From Escherichia coli (lineage in GTDB: Bacteria > Pseudomonadota > Gammaproteobacteria > Enterobacterales > Enterobacteriaceae), in the NCBI RefSeq assembly GCF_003334255.1, contig NZ_QOWU01000001.1: a stretch of DNA of 64,000 nucleotides. One strand, written 5' to 3'. The translations under genes were made by a program, and so were the position numbers. Of this stretch, positions 50,705 to 62,533 are shown piece after piece. The notes beneath the pieces are model-generated. The model was not told the origin of the DNA. It made no database searches and saw only the letters and a program-made list of their open reading frames with translations. Each line of letters starts with the position of its first letter. The stretch's first letter is position 1.

Positions 50705-53095
50705 ATGGCAATTAACAATACAGGCTCGCGACGATTACTCGTCACGCTAACAGCCCTTTTTGCAGCGCTTTGCGGGCTGTATCTACTCATTGGCGGAGGC
50801 TGGCTGGTCGCGATTGGCGGCTCCTGGTACTACCCTATCGCTGGCCTTGTGATGCTCGGCGTCGCCTGGATGCTGTGGCGCAGTAAACGCGCCGCGCTTT
50901 GGCTATACGCAGCCCTGCTGCTCGGCACCATGATTTGGGGCGTCTGGGAAGTTGGTTTCGACTTCTGGGCGCTGACTCCGCGCAGCGACATTCTGGTCTT
51001 CTTCGGCATCTGGCTGATCCTGCCGTTTGTCTGGCGTCGCCTGGTCATTCCTGCCAGCGGCGCAGTTGCCGCACTGGTGGTCGCACTGCTGATTAGCGGT
51101 GGTATCCTGACCTGGGCCGGATTTAACGATCCGCAGGAGATCAACGGCACCTTAAGCGCCGATGCCACACCTGCTGAAGCTATCTCCCCCGTAGCCGATC
51201 AGGACTGGCCTGCCTATGGTCGTAATCAGGAAGGTCAACGCTTTTCGCCGCTGAAACAAATTAACGCCGATAACGTCCATAATCTGAAAGAAGCCTGGGT
51301 GTTCCGTACTGGCGATGTGAAGCAGCCGAACGATCCGGGTGAAATCACCAATGAAGTGACGCCGATTAAAGTGGGCGACACCCTTTACCTGTGTACCGCT
51401 CACCAGCGCCTGTTTGCGCTTGATGCCGCCAGCGGCAAAGAGAAATGGCATTACGATCCTGAGCTGAAAACCAACGAGTCTTTCCAGCACGTAACCTGCC
51501 GTGGTGTCTCTTATCATGAAGCCAAAGCAGAAACCGCTTCGCCGGAAGTGATGGCGGATTGCCCGCGTCGTATCATTCTTCCGGTCAATGATGGTCGACT
51601 GATTGCGATTAACGCTGAAAACGGCAAACTGTGCGAAACCTTCGCCAATAAAGGCGTGCTCAATCTGCAAAGCAATATGCCAGACACCAAACCGGGTCTG
51701 TATGAACCGACTTCGCCACCGATTATCACCGATAAAACCATCGTGATGGCCGGTTCAGTTACCGATAACTTCTCAACCCGCGAAACGTCTGGCGTGATCC
51801 GTGGTTTTGATGTCAACACCGGGGAGCTGCTGTGGGCTTTTGATCCCGGCGCGAAAGATCCGAACGCAATCCCGTCTGACGAACACACCTTTACCTTTAA
51901 CTCGCCAAACTCCTGGGCACCAGCGGCCTATGACGCGAAGCTGGATCTGGTCTATCTGCCGATGGGCGTGACCACGCCGGATATCTGGGGCGGTAACCGC
52001 ACACCGGAACAGGAACGTTATGCCAGCTCGATTCTGGCGCTGAATGCCACTACCGGGAAACTGGCGTGGAGCTACCAGACCGTTCACCACGACCTGTGGG
52101 ACATGGATCTTCCGGCACAGCCGACGCTGGCGGACATCACCGTTAATGGTCAGAAAGTGCCAGTTATTTACGCTCCGGCGAAAACCGGCAACATTTTTGT
52201 GCTCGATCGTCGTAATGGCGAACTGGTGGTTCCGGCACCGGAAAAACCGGTTCCCCAAGGTGCAGCGAAAGGCGATTACGTAACCCCAACTCAACCGTTT
52301 TCTGAACTGAGCTTCCGTCCGACGAAAGATTTGAGCGGTGCGGATATGTGGGGAGCCACCATGTTTGACCAACTGGTGTGCCGCGTGATGTTCCACCAGA
52401 TGCGCTATGAAGGCATTTTCACCCCGCCATCTGAACAGGGTACGCTGGTCTTCCCGGGTAACCTGGGGATGTTCGAATGGGGCGGGATTTCCGTTGATCC
52501 AAATCGTGAAGTGGCGATTGCCAACCCAATGGCACTGCCGTTTGTTTCGAAACTGATCCCGCGTGGTCCTGGCAACCCGATGGAGCAGCCGAAAGATGCC
52601 AAAGGCACGGGTACGGAATCCGGCATTCAGCCACAGTACGGTGTACCGTATGGTGTCACGCTCAACCCGTTCCTCTCACCATTTGGTCTGCCATGTAAAC
52701 AGCCAGCATGGGGTTATATCTCGGCGCTGGATCTGAAAACTAATGAAGTGGTGTGGAAGAAACGTATTGGTACGCCGCAGGACAGTATGCCGTTCCCGAT
52801 GCCGGTTCCGGTGCCGTTCAATATGGGTATGCCGATGCTGGGCGGGCCAATCTCCACGGCGGGTAACGTGCTGTTTATCGCCGCTACGGCAGATAACTAC
52901 CTGCGCGCTTACAACATGAGCAACGGTGAAAAACTGTGGCAGGGTCGTTTACCAGCGGGTGGTCAGGCTACGCCAATGACCTATGAAGTGAATGGTAAGC
53001 AGTATGTGGTGATCTCCGCAGGCGGTCACGGTTCATTTGGTACGAAGATGGGCGACTATATTGTGGCTTATGCGCTGCCGGATGATGTGAAGTAA
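50705..53095 (+). CDS. gcd: Membrane-bound PQQ-dependent glucose dehydrogenase
   Basis: ORF-track entry 50687..53095 contains MAINNTGSRRLLVTLTALFAALCGLYLLIGGGWLVAIGGSWYYPIAG..., N-terminal transmembrane helices plus a periplasmic beta-propeller domain; trimmed to 796 aa. Confidence 0.95.
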   Translation: MAINNTGSRRLLVTLTALFAALCGLYLLIGGGWLVAIGGSWYYPIAGLVMLGVAWMLWRSKRAALWLYAALLLGTMIWGVWEVGFDFWALTPRSDILVFFGIWLILPFVWRRLVIPASGAVAALVVALLISGGILTWAGFNDPQEINGTLSADATPAEAISPVADQDWPAYGRNQEGQRFSPLKQINADNVHNLKEAWVFRTGDVKQPNDPGEITNEVTPIKVGDTLYLCTAHQRLFALDAASGKEKWHYDPELKTNESFQHVTCRGVSYHEAKAETASPEVMADCPRRIILPVNDGRLIAINAENGKLCETFANKGVLNLQSNMPDTKPGLYEPTSPPIITDKTIVMAGSVTDNFSTRETSGVIRGFDVNTGELLWAFDPGAKDPNAIPSDEHTFTFNSPNSWAPAAYDAKLDLVYLPMGVTTPDIWGGNRTPEQERYASSILALNATTGKLAWSYQTVHHDLWDMDLPAQPTLADITVNGQKVPVIYAPAKTGNIFVLDRRNGELVVPAPEKPVPQGAAKGDYVTPTQPFSELSFRPTKDLSGADMWGATMFDQLVCRVMFHQMRYEGIFTPPSEQGTLVFPGNLGMFEWGGISVDPNREVAIANPMALPFVSKLIPRGPGNPMEQPKDAKGTGTESGIQPQYGVPYGVTLNPFLSPFGLPCKQPAWGYISALDLKTNEVVWKKRIGTPQDSMPFPMPVPVPFNMGMPMLGGPISTAGNVLFIAATADNYLRAYNMSNGEKLWQGRLPAGGQATPMTYEVNGKQYVVISAGGHGSFGTKMGDYIVAYALPDDVK

Positions 53096-53129
53096 GACTT
53101 GCTCAGATTGCTGACAACGTGCGCGTTGT

Positions 53130-53232
53130 TCATGCCGGATGCGGCGTGAACGCCTTATCCAGCCTACAAAATTGTGCAAAATCAATGGATTGCACAGCTA
53201 GCGTAGGCCTGATAAGCGTAGCGCATCAGGCA
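53130..53232. repeat. REP/BIME cluster between convergent gcd and cueO
   Basis: CATGCCGGATGCGGCGTGAACGCCTTATCCAGCCTAC and inverted GTAGGCCTGATAAGCGTAGCGCATCAGGCA fit the REP consensus. Confidence 0.65.
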
Positions 53233-53296
53233 GATTTGCGTTTGTCATCAGTTTAATGCCCGGAGAGATCCGGGCATATTTCCGAATACGGTCTTT

Positions 53297-54847
53297 TTAT
53301 ACCGTAAACCCTAACATCATCCCCGTATCTTCATGCTCCAGCAGATGGCAGTGCGCCATATAAGCATGTTCTTTCGGTGCATCGTGATTAAACTTCACCA
53401 GCACTTCGCTGACATTACCTTCTACCTTAACGGTATCTTTCCAGCCCGCGCGATGAGCCGCTGGCGGTTTGCCATTTTCTGACAAGATACGGAACTGCGT
53501 GCCGTGGATATGGAACGGATGCAGCATCATGTCGCCCACGCCAGAGATAACCCAACGTTCGTATTGCCCTTTCGCCGCCGCAAACATCGGCTTGTTCATA
53601 TCAAACGCCTGACCGTTGATTTTGTTGGCATGGTGGAAATCGAACTTCCCGCCGTGGTTCATATGATTCATATTGCCGTGCCCCATATGGCCCATCATCT
53701 GGCTGTGATCCATCCCGGCCATCGCCTGATCGCCATATTTCTCCATTAGCATCTGCATCCCCATCATATCGAGCATCGGGTCCATAGAGAGTTGCAGCTT
53801 GCGTACCGTCAGCCCTTCCAGCGAAGGTAACGCAGGCAGGCTACTTAATGTGTCTGGCAAAGCACCGGAGGCACTAATAGCAATCGGCTGAATCCGCATT
53901 ACCGGATGAGGCTTATCAAACGGCGCAATCGCCATCCCCATCTGGCTGACCGGCAGCGTCACCAGGTCAAAGGGTTTGTTATCGTTAACCTCCACCAGCA
54001 CTTCAAAACGCTCGCCCATCAGCACCGGCAGTTCGCTCACCTTCACTGGTTCAGGTAGCAGACCACCGTCGCTGGCAATCACATACAGCGGGCGATTGTC
54101 GCTGGTGGCGAAATTGAGCGAACGGGCATTACAGCCATTGAGCAAACGCAGGCGCAGCCAACCACGCGGGGCAGCGTGTTGCGGGTAGATTGCACCGTTG
54201 GTCAGCAACGTATCGCCAAACCAGCCCACGGCGGCGGTCATCACATCCAGTTGATAATCAATCTGCCCGTCGGCGCTAAATTTCTTATCCTGAACGATCA
54301 CCGGAACATCATCGATACCCCACTGTTTTGGCAGCATTAATTTCAGGATCTCGTCATCTTCAATCACCACCAGCCCAGCCAGCCCCATCGCCACCTGTCG
54401 CCCGGTTTTGCCGTGCTGATGCGGATGGAACCAGCAGGTAGCGGCAGGTTGATCAACGTTCAACGTCACCGAGCGCTTGCCACCTGGCGGAATAATTCCC
54501 TGCGGGCCGCCGTCGACTTCACCCGGTACTTCCAGCCCGTGCCAGTGCAACGTTGTCTCTTCCGTCAGTTGGTTGTAGATATCAACCGTTACCGCTTTGC
54601 CGCGCTGTAATTTCACCGCCGGCCCCAGCAGATTGCCGTTATAGCCCCAGGTAGTTGCAGTTTTCCCGCCAAAGGTGGACTGGCCTGCGCCAATAGTTAA
54701 CTGAATGCGATTACGGGCATCGGTCGTGAGCAAATCAGGGATCGGTAACGTTGGGCGTTCTGCCGCAAATACTGCGCGGCTCCACAGCGGCAAAGCCGAA
54801 GCCACACCCAGCGCGACGGAATATTTTAAGAAATCACGACGTTGCAT
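53297..54847 (-). CDS. cueO: Multicopper oxidase CueO (periplasmic cuprous oxidase), Tat-secreted
   Basis: ORF-track entry 53297..54886 contains [28 protein letters not shown] (twin-arginine signal), HWHG/HPH copper-site motifs and a Met-rich insert; trimmed to 516 aa. Confidence 0.95.
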
Positions 54848-54900
54848 AGTTATTTCCTTATTCTTAAGCAGGCGAAACAAAATCAAACGTTGAGCATAGT

Positions 54901-54919
54901 CCTTCCCCTTACGGGAAGG
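54901..54919. promoter_or_regulatory. Candidate CueR (MerR-family) operator in the cueO promoter
   Basis: Perfect dyad CCTTCC-N7-GGAAGG (CCTTCCCCTTACGGGAAGG) 54 nt upstream of the cueO ATG, matching the CueR-box consensus. Confidence 0.55.
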
Positions 54920-55012
54920 TCAAGCCGCAGACACAATTTAATCGACAATAATGGTCGTCGCCTCGCTCGCAGTGTGCTAACGTTTATCTTCTTTAAGCCC
55001 CTGGTAGAAGCA

Positions 55013-55360
55013 ATGAAGACGTTTTTCAGAACAGTGTTATTCGGCAGCCTGATGGCCGTCTGCGCAAACAGTTACGCGCTCAGCGAGTCTGAAGCCGAAG
55101 ATATGGCCGATTTAACGGCAGTTTTTGTCTTTCTGAAGAACGATTGTGGTTACCAGAACTTACCTAACGGGCAAATTCGTCGCGCACTGGTCTTTTTCGC
55201 TCAGCAAAACCAGTGGGACCTCAGTAATTACGACACCTTCGACATGAAAGCCCTCGGTGAAGACAGCTACCGCGATCTCAGCGGCATTGGCATTCCCGTC
55301 GCTAAAAAATGCAAAGCCCTGGCCCGCGATTCCTTAAGCCTGCTTGCCTACGTCAAATAA
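55013..55360 (+). CDS. yacC: Small secreted protein YacC (function unknown)
   Basis: ORF-track entry 54842..55360 contains MKTFFRTVLFGSLMAVCANSYALSESEAEDMADLTAVF... with signal peptide; trimmed to 115 aa. Confidence 0.8.
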   Translation: MKTFFRTVLFGSLMAVCANSYALSESEAEDMADLTAVFVFLKNDCGYQNLPNGQIRRALVFFAQQNQWDLSNYDTFDMKALGEDSYRDLSGIGIPVAKKCKALARDSLSLLAYVK

Positions 55361-55465
55361 TCCCTGATACCTTTTTGTAGAAATATTGACCGTGCATCCG
55401 CGGTCAATGTTAGCTATTATGTTGCGCCCTTTTTTTACGGGTGTTAACAAAGGAGGTATCAACCC

Positions 55466-56332
55466 ATGGCCGAAAAAAAACAGTGGCATGAAACGCTACA
55501 CGACCAGTTTGGGCAGTACTTTGCGGTAGATAACGTTCTGTATCATGAAAAGACCGATCACCAGGATCTGATCATTTTTGAGAACGCTGCATTTGGTCGC
55601 GTAATGGCGCTGGATGGCGTAGTACAAACCACCGAGCGCGACGAGTTTATCTATCATGAGATGATGACCCATGTTCCGCTACTGGCCCATGGTCACGCGA
55701 AACATGTGCTGATTATCGGCGGCGGCGACGGTGCCATGCTGCGTGAAGTAACCCGACATAAAAACGTTGAGTCAATCACGATGGTGGAAATCGATGCGGG
55801 TGTCGTATCGTTCTGCCGTCAGTATCTACCCAACCATAACGCCGGTAGCTACGACGATCCGCGCTTTAAGCTGGTGATCGACGATGGCGTCAATTTCGTT
55901 AATCAAACCAGCCAGACCTTTGATGTCATTATCTCCGACTGCACCGATCCTATCGGTCCCGGCGAAAGCCTTTTCACTTCGGCATTTTATGAAGGCTGCA
56001 AACGTTGCCTGAATCCTGGCGGTATCTTCGTCGCACAAAACGGCGTCTGCTTTTTACAGCAGGAAGAAGCCATCGACAGCCATCGCAAACTCAGCCATTA
56101 CTTCAGCGACGTTGGCTTTTATCAGGCGGCGATCCCGACCTATTACGGCGGTATCATGACTTTTGCATGGGCGACAGATAACGACGCCTTACGCCATCTC
56201 TCAACCGAAATTATTCAGGTGCGTTTTCTCGCCTCTGGCCTGAAATGCCGTTATTACAATCCGGCAATCCATACGGCAGCTTTTGCCTTACCTCAGTATC
56301 TGCAAGACGCACTGGCTTCACAGCCGTCCTAA
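55466..56332 (+). CDS. speE: Spermidine synthase
   Basis: 288-aa [70 protein letters not shown]... Confidence 0.97.
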   Translation: MAEKKQWHETLHDQFGQYFAVDNVLYHEKTDHQDLIIFENAAFGRVMALDGVVQTTERDEFIYHEMMTHVPLLAHGHAKHVLIIGGGDGAMLREVTRHKNVESITMVEIDAGVVSFCRQYLPNHNAGSYDDPRFKLVIDDGVNFVNQTSQTFDVIISDCTDPIGPGESLFTSAFYEGCKRCLNPGGIFVAQNGVCFLQQEEAIDSHRKLSHYFSDVGFYQAAIPTYYGGIMTFAWATDNDALRHLSTEIIQVRFLASGLKCRYYNPAIHTAAFALPQYLQDALASQPS

Positions 56333-56347
56333 GGAGAAGATAAGAAA

Positions 56348-57142
56348 TTGAAAAAACTGAAACTGCATGGCTTTAATAATCTGACCAAAAGTCTGAGTTT
56401 TTGTATTTACGATATCTGCTACGCCAAAACTGCCGAAGAGCGCGACGGTTATATTGCTTATATCGATGAACTCTATAATGCCAACCGTCTGACCGAAATC
56501 CTGTCAGAAACCTGTTCCATTATCGGGGCTAATATTCTTAACATCGCCCGCCAGGATTACGAACCACAGGGTGCCAGCGTCACTATTCTGGTGAGTGAAG
56601 AACCGGTTGACCCGAAACTCATCGACAAAACAGAACACCCCGGCCCACTGCCAGAAACGGTCGTTGCCCATCTTGATAAAAGTCATATTTGCGTACATAC
56701 CTACCCGGAAAGTCATCCTGAAGGCGGTTTATGTACCTTCCGCGCCGATATTGAAGTCTCTACCTGCGGCGTGATTTCTCCGCTGAAGGCGCTGAATTAC
56801 CTGATCCACCAGCTTGAGTCCGATATCGTAACCATTGATTATCGCGTGCGCGGTTTTACCCGCGACATTAACGGTATGAAGCACTTTATCGACCATGAGA
56901 TTAATTCGATTCAGAACTTTATGTCTGACGATATGAAGGCGCTGTATGACATGGTGGATGTGAACGTCTATCAGGAAAATATCTTCCATACCAAGATGTT
57001 GCTTAAAGAGTTCGACCTTAAGCACTACATGTTCCACACCAAACCGGAAGACTTAACCGACAGCGAGCGCCAGGAAATTACCGCTGCGCTGTGGAAAGAA
57101 ATGCGCGAGATTTATTACGGGCGCAATATGCCAGCTGTTTAA
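56348..57142 (+). CDS. speD: S-adenosylmethionine decarboxylase proenzyme (apparent TTG start)
   Basis: 264-aa ORF (M)[47 protein letters not shown]...; the first codon in the sequence is TTG. Confidence 0.95.
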
Positions 57143-57147
57143 CGGCT

Positions 57148-57173
57148 CTGGCGGAGCTCCCAGGCTCCGCCAG
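57148..57173. terminator. Hairpin between convergent speD and yacL (candidate bidirectional terminator)
   Basis: CTGGCGGAGC-TCCCAG-GCTCCGCCAG 10-bp stem, followed on the plus strand by ATTTATTTA. Confidence 0.45.
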
Positions 57174-57179
57174 ATTTAT

Positions 57180-57542
57180 TTACTTCTGCTGCACGAAATT
57201 GCGGTAAGCCGCCACGACCTGCAGAAAATCCTCAACGCCGCATAGCGACAGGCTTTCTTCGTCGTAGTAGTTCATCCCCTCTTCCATTTCATCGCCAGCG
57301 AATTCCAGTTGATTGGCGCGAACCATCACCTCTTCACCGTCCATCCACAGGGTGTATTCATGCCCTGCCCGTTGCCAGGACCGTTCGCTACCTTTCAGTG
57401 CGTGCGCTGCTTGTTCCACTTCATCAAGCAAGGCCAGGTTTTCTTTCACCTCTTCATTAAACCAGTGCCCGACCACTTCATGCCCCATGGACATACGCAC
57501 CTTTACCACTCCGGTAATATCGCGCAGAAATTCGTAATCCAT
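57180..57542 (-). CDS. yacL: UPF0231-family protein YacL (function unknown)
   Basis: ORF-track entry 57180..57590 contains [57 protein letters not shown]...; trimmed to 120 aa. Confidence 0.85.
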
Positions 57543-57717
57543 AGTGTGTTCCTCTGCTCCCGGCAATGCACCGAAATCGCATTGCGCCATTGATGTAATT
57601 ATCGCAGCCTTACCGGAGAAAAACAGCGGAACGGCGATGGTTTAGAAATAAAAAAATGCCCGGGAATCTCATTCACCGGGCATTGTGTCGTTTATGCGCA
57701 GCGCGTGCGCTGACTTT

Positions 57718-60315
57718 TTAAACCGCAGTCTGGAAAATCACCCCATCGGCTTTCTCGGTGTACTGAGAAAGCTGGTTGAAGTTCAGATAACGGTAAGTAT
57801 CAACGGCTGTTTTATCTACCTGCGCCACGTAGGTCTGGTACTCTTCCGGCGTCGGCAGTTTGCCAATCAGCGCCGCAACAGCCGCCAGTTCCGCAGAAGC
57901 CAGGAAGACATTCGCGCCAGTACCCAGACGGTTCGGGAAGTTACGGGTAGAGGTGGAAACCACCGTTGCACCGTCCGCCACACGCGCCTGGTTACCCATA
58001 CACAGGGAACAGCCAGGGATCTCGATACGCGCACCACTCTTACCGAAGACGCTGTAGTAGCCTTCTTCGGTCAACTGTGCGGCGTCCATACGGGTTGGCG
58101 GTGCCACCCACAGGCGGGTCGGCAACTGACCTTTATGCGCATCCAGCAGTTTACCCGCAGCACGGAAGTGACCGATGTTGGTCATGCAGGAACCGATAAA
58201 CACTTCGTCGATCTTCTCACCCTGTACCGCAGACAGCGGACGCGCGTCATCCGGGTCGTTCGGAGCACACAGGATTGGCTCTTTAATATCCGCCAGATCG
58301 ATGTCGATCACTGCCGCGTATTCCGCATCTGCATCGGCTTCCAGCAGCTCAGGATTCGCCAGCCATTTTTCCATGCCCTGAATACGACGTTCCAGGGTAC
58401 GACGATCGCCGTAACCTTCCGCGATCATCCACTTCAGCAGGACGATGTTAGAGTTCAGGTATTCGATGATCGGTTCTTTGTTCAGCTTGATGGTACAACC
58501 AGCGGCAGAACGCTCGGCGGACGCATCGGTTAGCTCAAAGGCCTGCTCAACTTTCAGATCCGGCAGACCTTCAATTTCCAGGATGCGGCCAGAGAAGATG
58601 TTTTTCTTGCCTTTCTTCTCAACGGTCAGCAGACCTTGTTTGATCGCATACAGCGGAATAGCGTGTACCAGATCGCGCAGGGTGATGCCCGGCTGCATTT
58701 TGCCTTTGAAGCGCACCAGAACGGATTCCGGCATATCAAGCGGCATTACGCCAGTTGCGGCAGCAAACGCCACCAGACCAGAACCCGCCGGGAAAGAGAT
58801 ACCGATCGGGAAACGGGTATGGGAGTCACCACCGGTACCGACGGTATCCGGCAGCAGCATACGGTTCAGCCAGGAGTGAATGACGCCGTCACCCGGACGC
58901 AGCGACACACCGCCACGGTTCATAATGAAGTCCGGCAGCGTGTGGTGCGTGTTCACGTCAACTGGCTTCGGATACGCCGCGGTGTGGCAGAAAGACTGCA
59001 TCACCAGGTCAGCCGAGAAGCCCAGGCACGCCAGGTCTTTCAGTTCATCACGGGTCATCGGGCCGGTGGTGTCCTGGGAACCTACAGAAGTCATTTTCGG
59101 TTCACAGTACGCGCCCGGACGAATGCCTTTCACGCCACAGGCACGGCCTACCATTTTTTGCGCCAGCGAGAAGCCGCGATCGCTCTCAGCGACATCTTTC
59201 GCCTGACGGAACACATCACTGTGCGGCAGACCAAGTGCTTCACGCGCTTTGGTGGTCAGGCCACGCCCGATAATCAGCGGAATACGGCCACCAGCACGCA
59301 CTTCATCAATCAGCACGTCGGTTTTCAGTTCGAAGGTCGCCAGCAGTTCGCCGGTTTCGTGGTTACGCACTTCACCTTTGTACGGGTAAACGTCAATCAC
59401 GTCGCCCATGTTCAGGTTAGAGACGTCGACTTCGATTGGCAGTGCACCCGCGTCTTCCATCGTGTTAAAGAAGATGGGTGCAATTTTACCGCCGAGGCAC
59501 AAACCACCGCCGCGTTTGTTCGGCACATGTGGAATATCATCGCCCATAAACCACAGAACGGAGTTAGTGGCGGATTTACGCGAAGAACCCGTACCCACAA
59601 CGTCACCGACGTACGCCAGCGGGAAACCTTTCTGTTGCAGAGCTTCGATTTGCTTGATCGGACCAACAACACCAGGCTGGTCTGGCTCAATACCTTCACG
59701 GGCGTTTTTCAGCATCGCCAGCGCGTGCAGTGGGATATCCGGGCGTGACCACGCATCCGGTGCCGGAGAAAGGTCATCGGTGTTAGTTTCGCCAGTGACT
59801 TTGAAGACAGTAACGGTCAGTTTTTCAGCCAGCGCCGGGCGATTCAGGAACCATTCGGCATCCGCCCAGGACTGCATAACCTGCTTCGCATATTCGTTGC
59901 CTGCTTTCGCTTTCTCTTCTACGTCATAGAAGTTATCGAACATCAGCAGCGTGTGAGAAAGTGCTTTGGCAGCAATAGGTGCCAGTTTGGCATCATCCAG
60001 CGCGTCGATCAGCGGATGAATGTTGTAACCACCCTGCATGGTGCCCAGCAGTTCGATGGCTTTTTCCGGAGTCAGCAGAGGGGATTTGGCTTCGCCTTTC
60101 GCGATAGCAGCCAGGAAGCCTGCTTTGACATAGGCGGCTTCATCGACGCCTGGGGGAACACGGTTGGTTAACAGATCTAACAGGAATTCTTCTTCGCCCG
60201 CGGGCGGGTTTTTCAGCAGCTCTACAAGTGCGGCCATTTGGTTTGCATCCAGGGGTTTGGGCGCAATCCCCTCAGCGGCACGCTCAGCTACGTGCTTACG
60301 GTATTCTTCTAGCAC
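57718..60315 (-). CDS. acnB: Aconitate hydratase B (bifunctional aconitase / 2-methylisocitrate dehydratase)
   Basis: ORF-track entry 57718..60468 contains (V)[48 protein letters not shown]...; trimmed to a GTG start giving 865 aa. Confidence 0.95.
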   Translation of the reverse strand: MLEEYRKHVAERAAEGIAPKPLDANQMAALVELLKNPPAGEEEFLLDLLTNRVPPGVDEAAYVKAGFLAAIAKGEAKSPLLTPEKAIELLGTMQGGYNIHPLIDALDDAKLAPIAAKALSHTLLMFDNFYDVEEKAKAGNEYAKQVMQSWADAEWFLNRPALAEKLTVTVFKVTGETNTDDLSPAPDAWSRPDIPLHALAMLKNAREGIEPDQPGVVGPIKQIEALQQKGFPLAYVGDVVGTGSSRKSATNSVLWFMGDDIPHVPNKRGGGLCLGGKIAPIFFNTMEDAGALPIEVDVSNLNMGDVIDVYPYKGEVRNHETGELLATFELKTDVLIDEVRAGGRIPLIIGRGLTTKAREALGLPHSDVFRQAKDVAESDRGFSLAQKMVGRACGVKGIRPGAYCEPKMTSVGSQDTTGPMTRDELKDLACLGFSADLVMQSFCHTAAYPKPVDVNTHHTLPDFIMNRGGVSLRPGDGVIHSWLNRMLLPDTVGTGGDSHTRFPIGISFPAGSGLVAFAAATGVMPLDMPESVLVRFKGKMQPGITLRDLVHAIPLYAIKQGLLTVEKKGKKNIFSGRILEIEGLPDLKVEQAFELTDASAERSAAGCTIKLNKEPIIEYLNSNIVLLKWMIAEGYGDRRTLERRIQGMEKWLANPELLEADADAEYAAVIDIDLADIKEPILCAPNDPDDARPLSAVQGEKIDEVFIGSCMTNIGHFRAAGKLLDAHKGQLPTRLWVAPPTRMDAAQLTEEGYYSVFGKSGARIEIPGCSLCMGNQARVADGATVVSTSTRNFPNRLGTGANVFLASAELAAVAALIGKLPTPEEYQTYVAQVDKTAVDTYRYLNFNQLSQYTEKADGVIFQTAV

Positions 60316-60669
60316 GACGGTTCTCCTCGCTCTCATTGTCATAGTGCGGCAGGCGATTCTCTTCACGCTCCTGTGAGACAGCAGTTTGTAGGGTAAATGC
60401 CCAGTACCGCAACGGGCAGAATAGCAGGATTTTGACGAGGTGTTAATCTGTTTACAAAAAAGCAACATAAAAAAGTGGCTGAATCGTTAAGGATGGTCTA
60501 GAGATTGTTTCCCTCCGTAAAAACTTCGTTAATTCGCATGGTGATAATCACCTTTCTCAACGAATCCCAAGATTAGTCAAAATTTAAACTACCGCCTCTT
60601 TATACTCGGATTCACAGCACCTGCGGGTGGCAGTTCGCCGACCATTGCGATTTCCTTGAGATCCGAATT

Positions 60670-62523
60670 ATGAAAATGACTTTGCCGTTTAAACCCCATG
60701 TGCTGGCGCTAATTTGCAGTGCCGGGCTTTGTGCCGCCTCTACCGGGCTATATATAAAAAGCCGCACAGTGGAAGCGCCTGTGGAACCGCAATCGACACA
60801 ACTGGCTGTGTCTGACGCTGCCGCGGTTACGTTTCCTGCAACGGTTTCCGCACCTCCCGTAACACCCGCCGTCGTCAAATCCGCATTCAGCACTGCACAA
60901 ATAGATCAATGGGTCGCGCCCGTCGCGCTGTATCCCGACGCCCTACTTTCGCAGGTGCTGATGGCATCAACCTATCCGACAAACGTTGCTCAAGCAGTGC
61001 AATGGTCGCACGATAATCCACTTAAACAAGGCGATGCTGCTATTCAGGCGGTATCTGACCAGCCGTGGGACGCCAGCGTTAAATCACTGGTGGCCTTTCC
61101 ACAATTGATGGCATTGATGGGCGAAAACCCGCAATGGGTGCAAAACCTGGGCGATGCTTTTCTGGCCCAGCCGCAGGACGTGATGGACTCGGTACAGCGA
61201 TTGCGGCAACTGGCGCAACAAACCGGCTCGCTGAAGTCATCAACCGAACAGAAAGTTATTACCACAACGAAGAAAGCTGTACCGGTAAAACAGACAGTCA
61301 CGGCACCCGTCATACCATCCAATACAGTTTTAACTGCCAACCCCGTCATTACAGAGCCGGCAACAACCGTCATTTCCATTGAGCCCGCCAATCCTGATGT
61401 GGTCTATATTCCCAACTACAACCCAACCGTGGTTTACGGGAACTGGGCCAATACTGCGTATCCGCCGGTTTATCTGCCACCACCAGCCGGAGAACCGTTT
61501 GTTGACAGCTTTGTACGCGGATTCGGCTATAGCATGGGCGTTGCTACCACGTACGCACTATTCAGCAGCATCGACTGGGACGACGACGATCATGACCATC
61601 ATCATCATGACAATGATGATTATCATCACCACGATGGCGGTCATCGTGACGGTAATGGCTGGCAACACAACGGCGACAACATCAATATCGACGTCAACAA
61701 TTTCAACCGTATCACCGGTGAGCATCTTACTGATAAGAATATGGCATGGCGGCACAATCCAAACTACCGTAATGGTGTGCCCTATCATGATCAGGATATG
61801 GCAAAGCGGTTTCATCAAACCGATGTCAACGGCGGAATGAGCGCCACGCAATTACCTGCCCCAACGCGCGACAGCCAGCGTCAGGCGGCAGCAAATCAGT
61901 TTCAGCAACGAACACACGCCGCACCAGTCATTACACGAGATACCCAACGTCAGGCAGCGGCACAGCGGTTTAATGAAGCTGAACACTATGGGAGCTATGA
62001 CGACTTCCACGACTTCAGCCGTCGCCAACCACTGACCCAGCAACAAAAGGACGCCGCTCGTCAGCGTTATCAGTCCGCCTCGCCTGAGCAGCGCCAGGCA
62101 GTTCGCGAGAGAATGCAGACTAACCCGAAGATCCAGCAGCGAAGAGAGGCAGCGCGTGAGCGCATTCAGTCCGCCTCGCCTGAGCAGCGCCAGGCGGTTC
62201 GCGAGAAAATGCAGACTAACCCGCAGAACCAGCAGCGAAGAGACGCAGCGCGTGAGCGTATTCAGTCCGCATCACCAGAGCAGCGCCAGGTGTTTAAGGA
62301 AAAAGTACAGCAGCGCCCACTGAATCAACAGCAACGTGATAACGCCCGCCAGCGTGTTCAATCGGCATCACCTGAACAACGTCAGGTTTTTCGGGAGAAA
62401 GTTCAGGAGAGCCGCCCACAACGTCTAAACGACAGTAACCATACTGTCAGGCTGAATAACGAGCAACGGTCAGCAGTATGCGAACGTCTCTCTGAACGTG
62501 GAGCAAGAAGACTGGAAAGGTAA
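60670..62523 (+). CDS. yacH: Secreted repeat-containing protein YacH (function unknown)
   Basis: 617-aa ORF with signal peptide MKMTLPFKPHVLALICSAGLCAAS, a His/Asp-rich segment and C-terminal tandem ~29-aa repeats (...SASPEQRQAVRE[K/R]MQTNP...). Confidence 0.85.
   Translation: MKMTLPFKPHVLALICSAGLCAASTGLYIKSRTVEAPVEPQSTQLAVSDAAAVTFPATVSAPPVTPAVVKSAFSTAQIDQWVAPVALYPDALLSQVLMASTYPTNVAQAVQWSHDNPLKQGDAAIQAVSDQPWDASVKSLVAFPQLMALMGENPQWVQNLGDAFLAQPQDVMDSVQRLRQLAQQTGSLKSSTEQKVITTTKKAVPVKQTVTAPVIPSNTVLTANPVITEPATTVISIEPANPDVVYIPNYNPTVVYGNWANTAYPPVYLPPPAGEPFVDSFVRGFGYSMGVATTYALFSSIDWDDDDHDHHHHDNDDYHHHDGGHRDGNGWQHNGDNINIDVNNFNRITGEHLTDKNMAWRHNPNYRNGVPYHDQDMAKRFHQTDVNGGMSATQLPAPTRDSQRQAAANQFQQRTHAAPVITRDTQRQAAAQRFNEAEHYGSYDDFHDFSRRQPLTQQQKDAARQRYQSASPEQRQAVRERMQTNPKIQQRREAARERIQSASPEQRQAVREKMQTNPQNQQRRDAARERIQSASPEQRQVFKEKVQQRPLNQQQRDNARQRVQSASPEQRQVFREKVQESRPQRLNDSNHTVRLNNEQRSAVCERLSERGARRLER
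62050..62405 (+). repeat. Tandem ~87-bp coding repeats (about 4 copies) inside yacH
   Basis: Near-identical consecutive units containing CAGTCCGCCTCGCCTGAGCAGCGCCAGGC[A/G]GTTCGCGAGA[G/A]AATGCAGACTAACCCG; the first two copies are nearly identical at the DNA level. Confidence 0.6.
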
Positions 62524-62533
62524 ATTGCAGACG

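Noticed and set aside
61379-61851. ORFs 61379..61840 (+) and 61558..61851 (-) with Ile/Met/Thr-rich translations
   Set aside because: They are alternative-frame readings of the yacH His/Asp-rich GAT/CAT-repeat tract; low-complexity artefacts inside a real gene.
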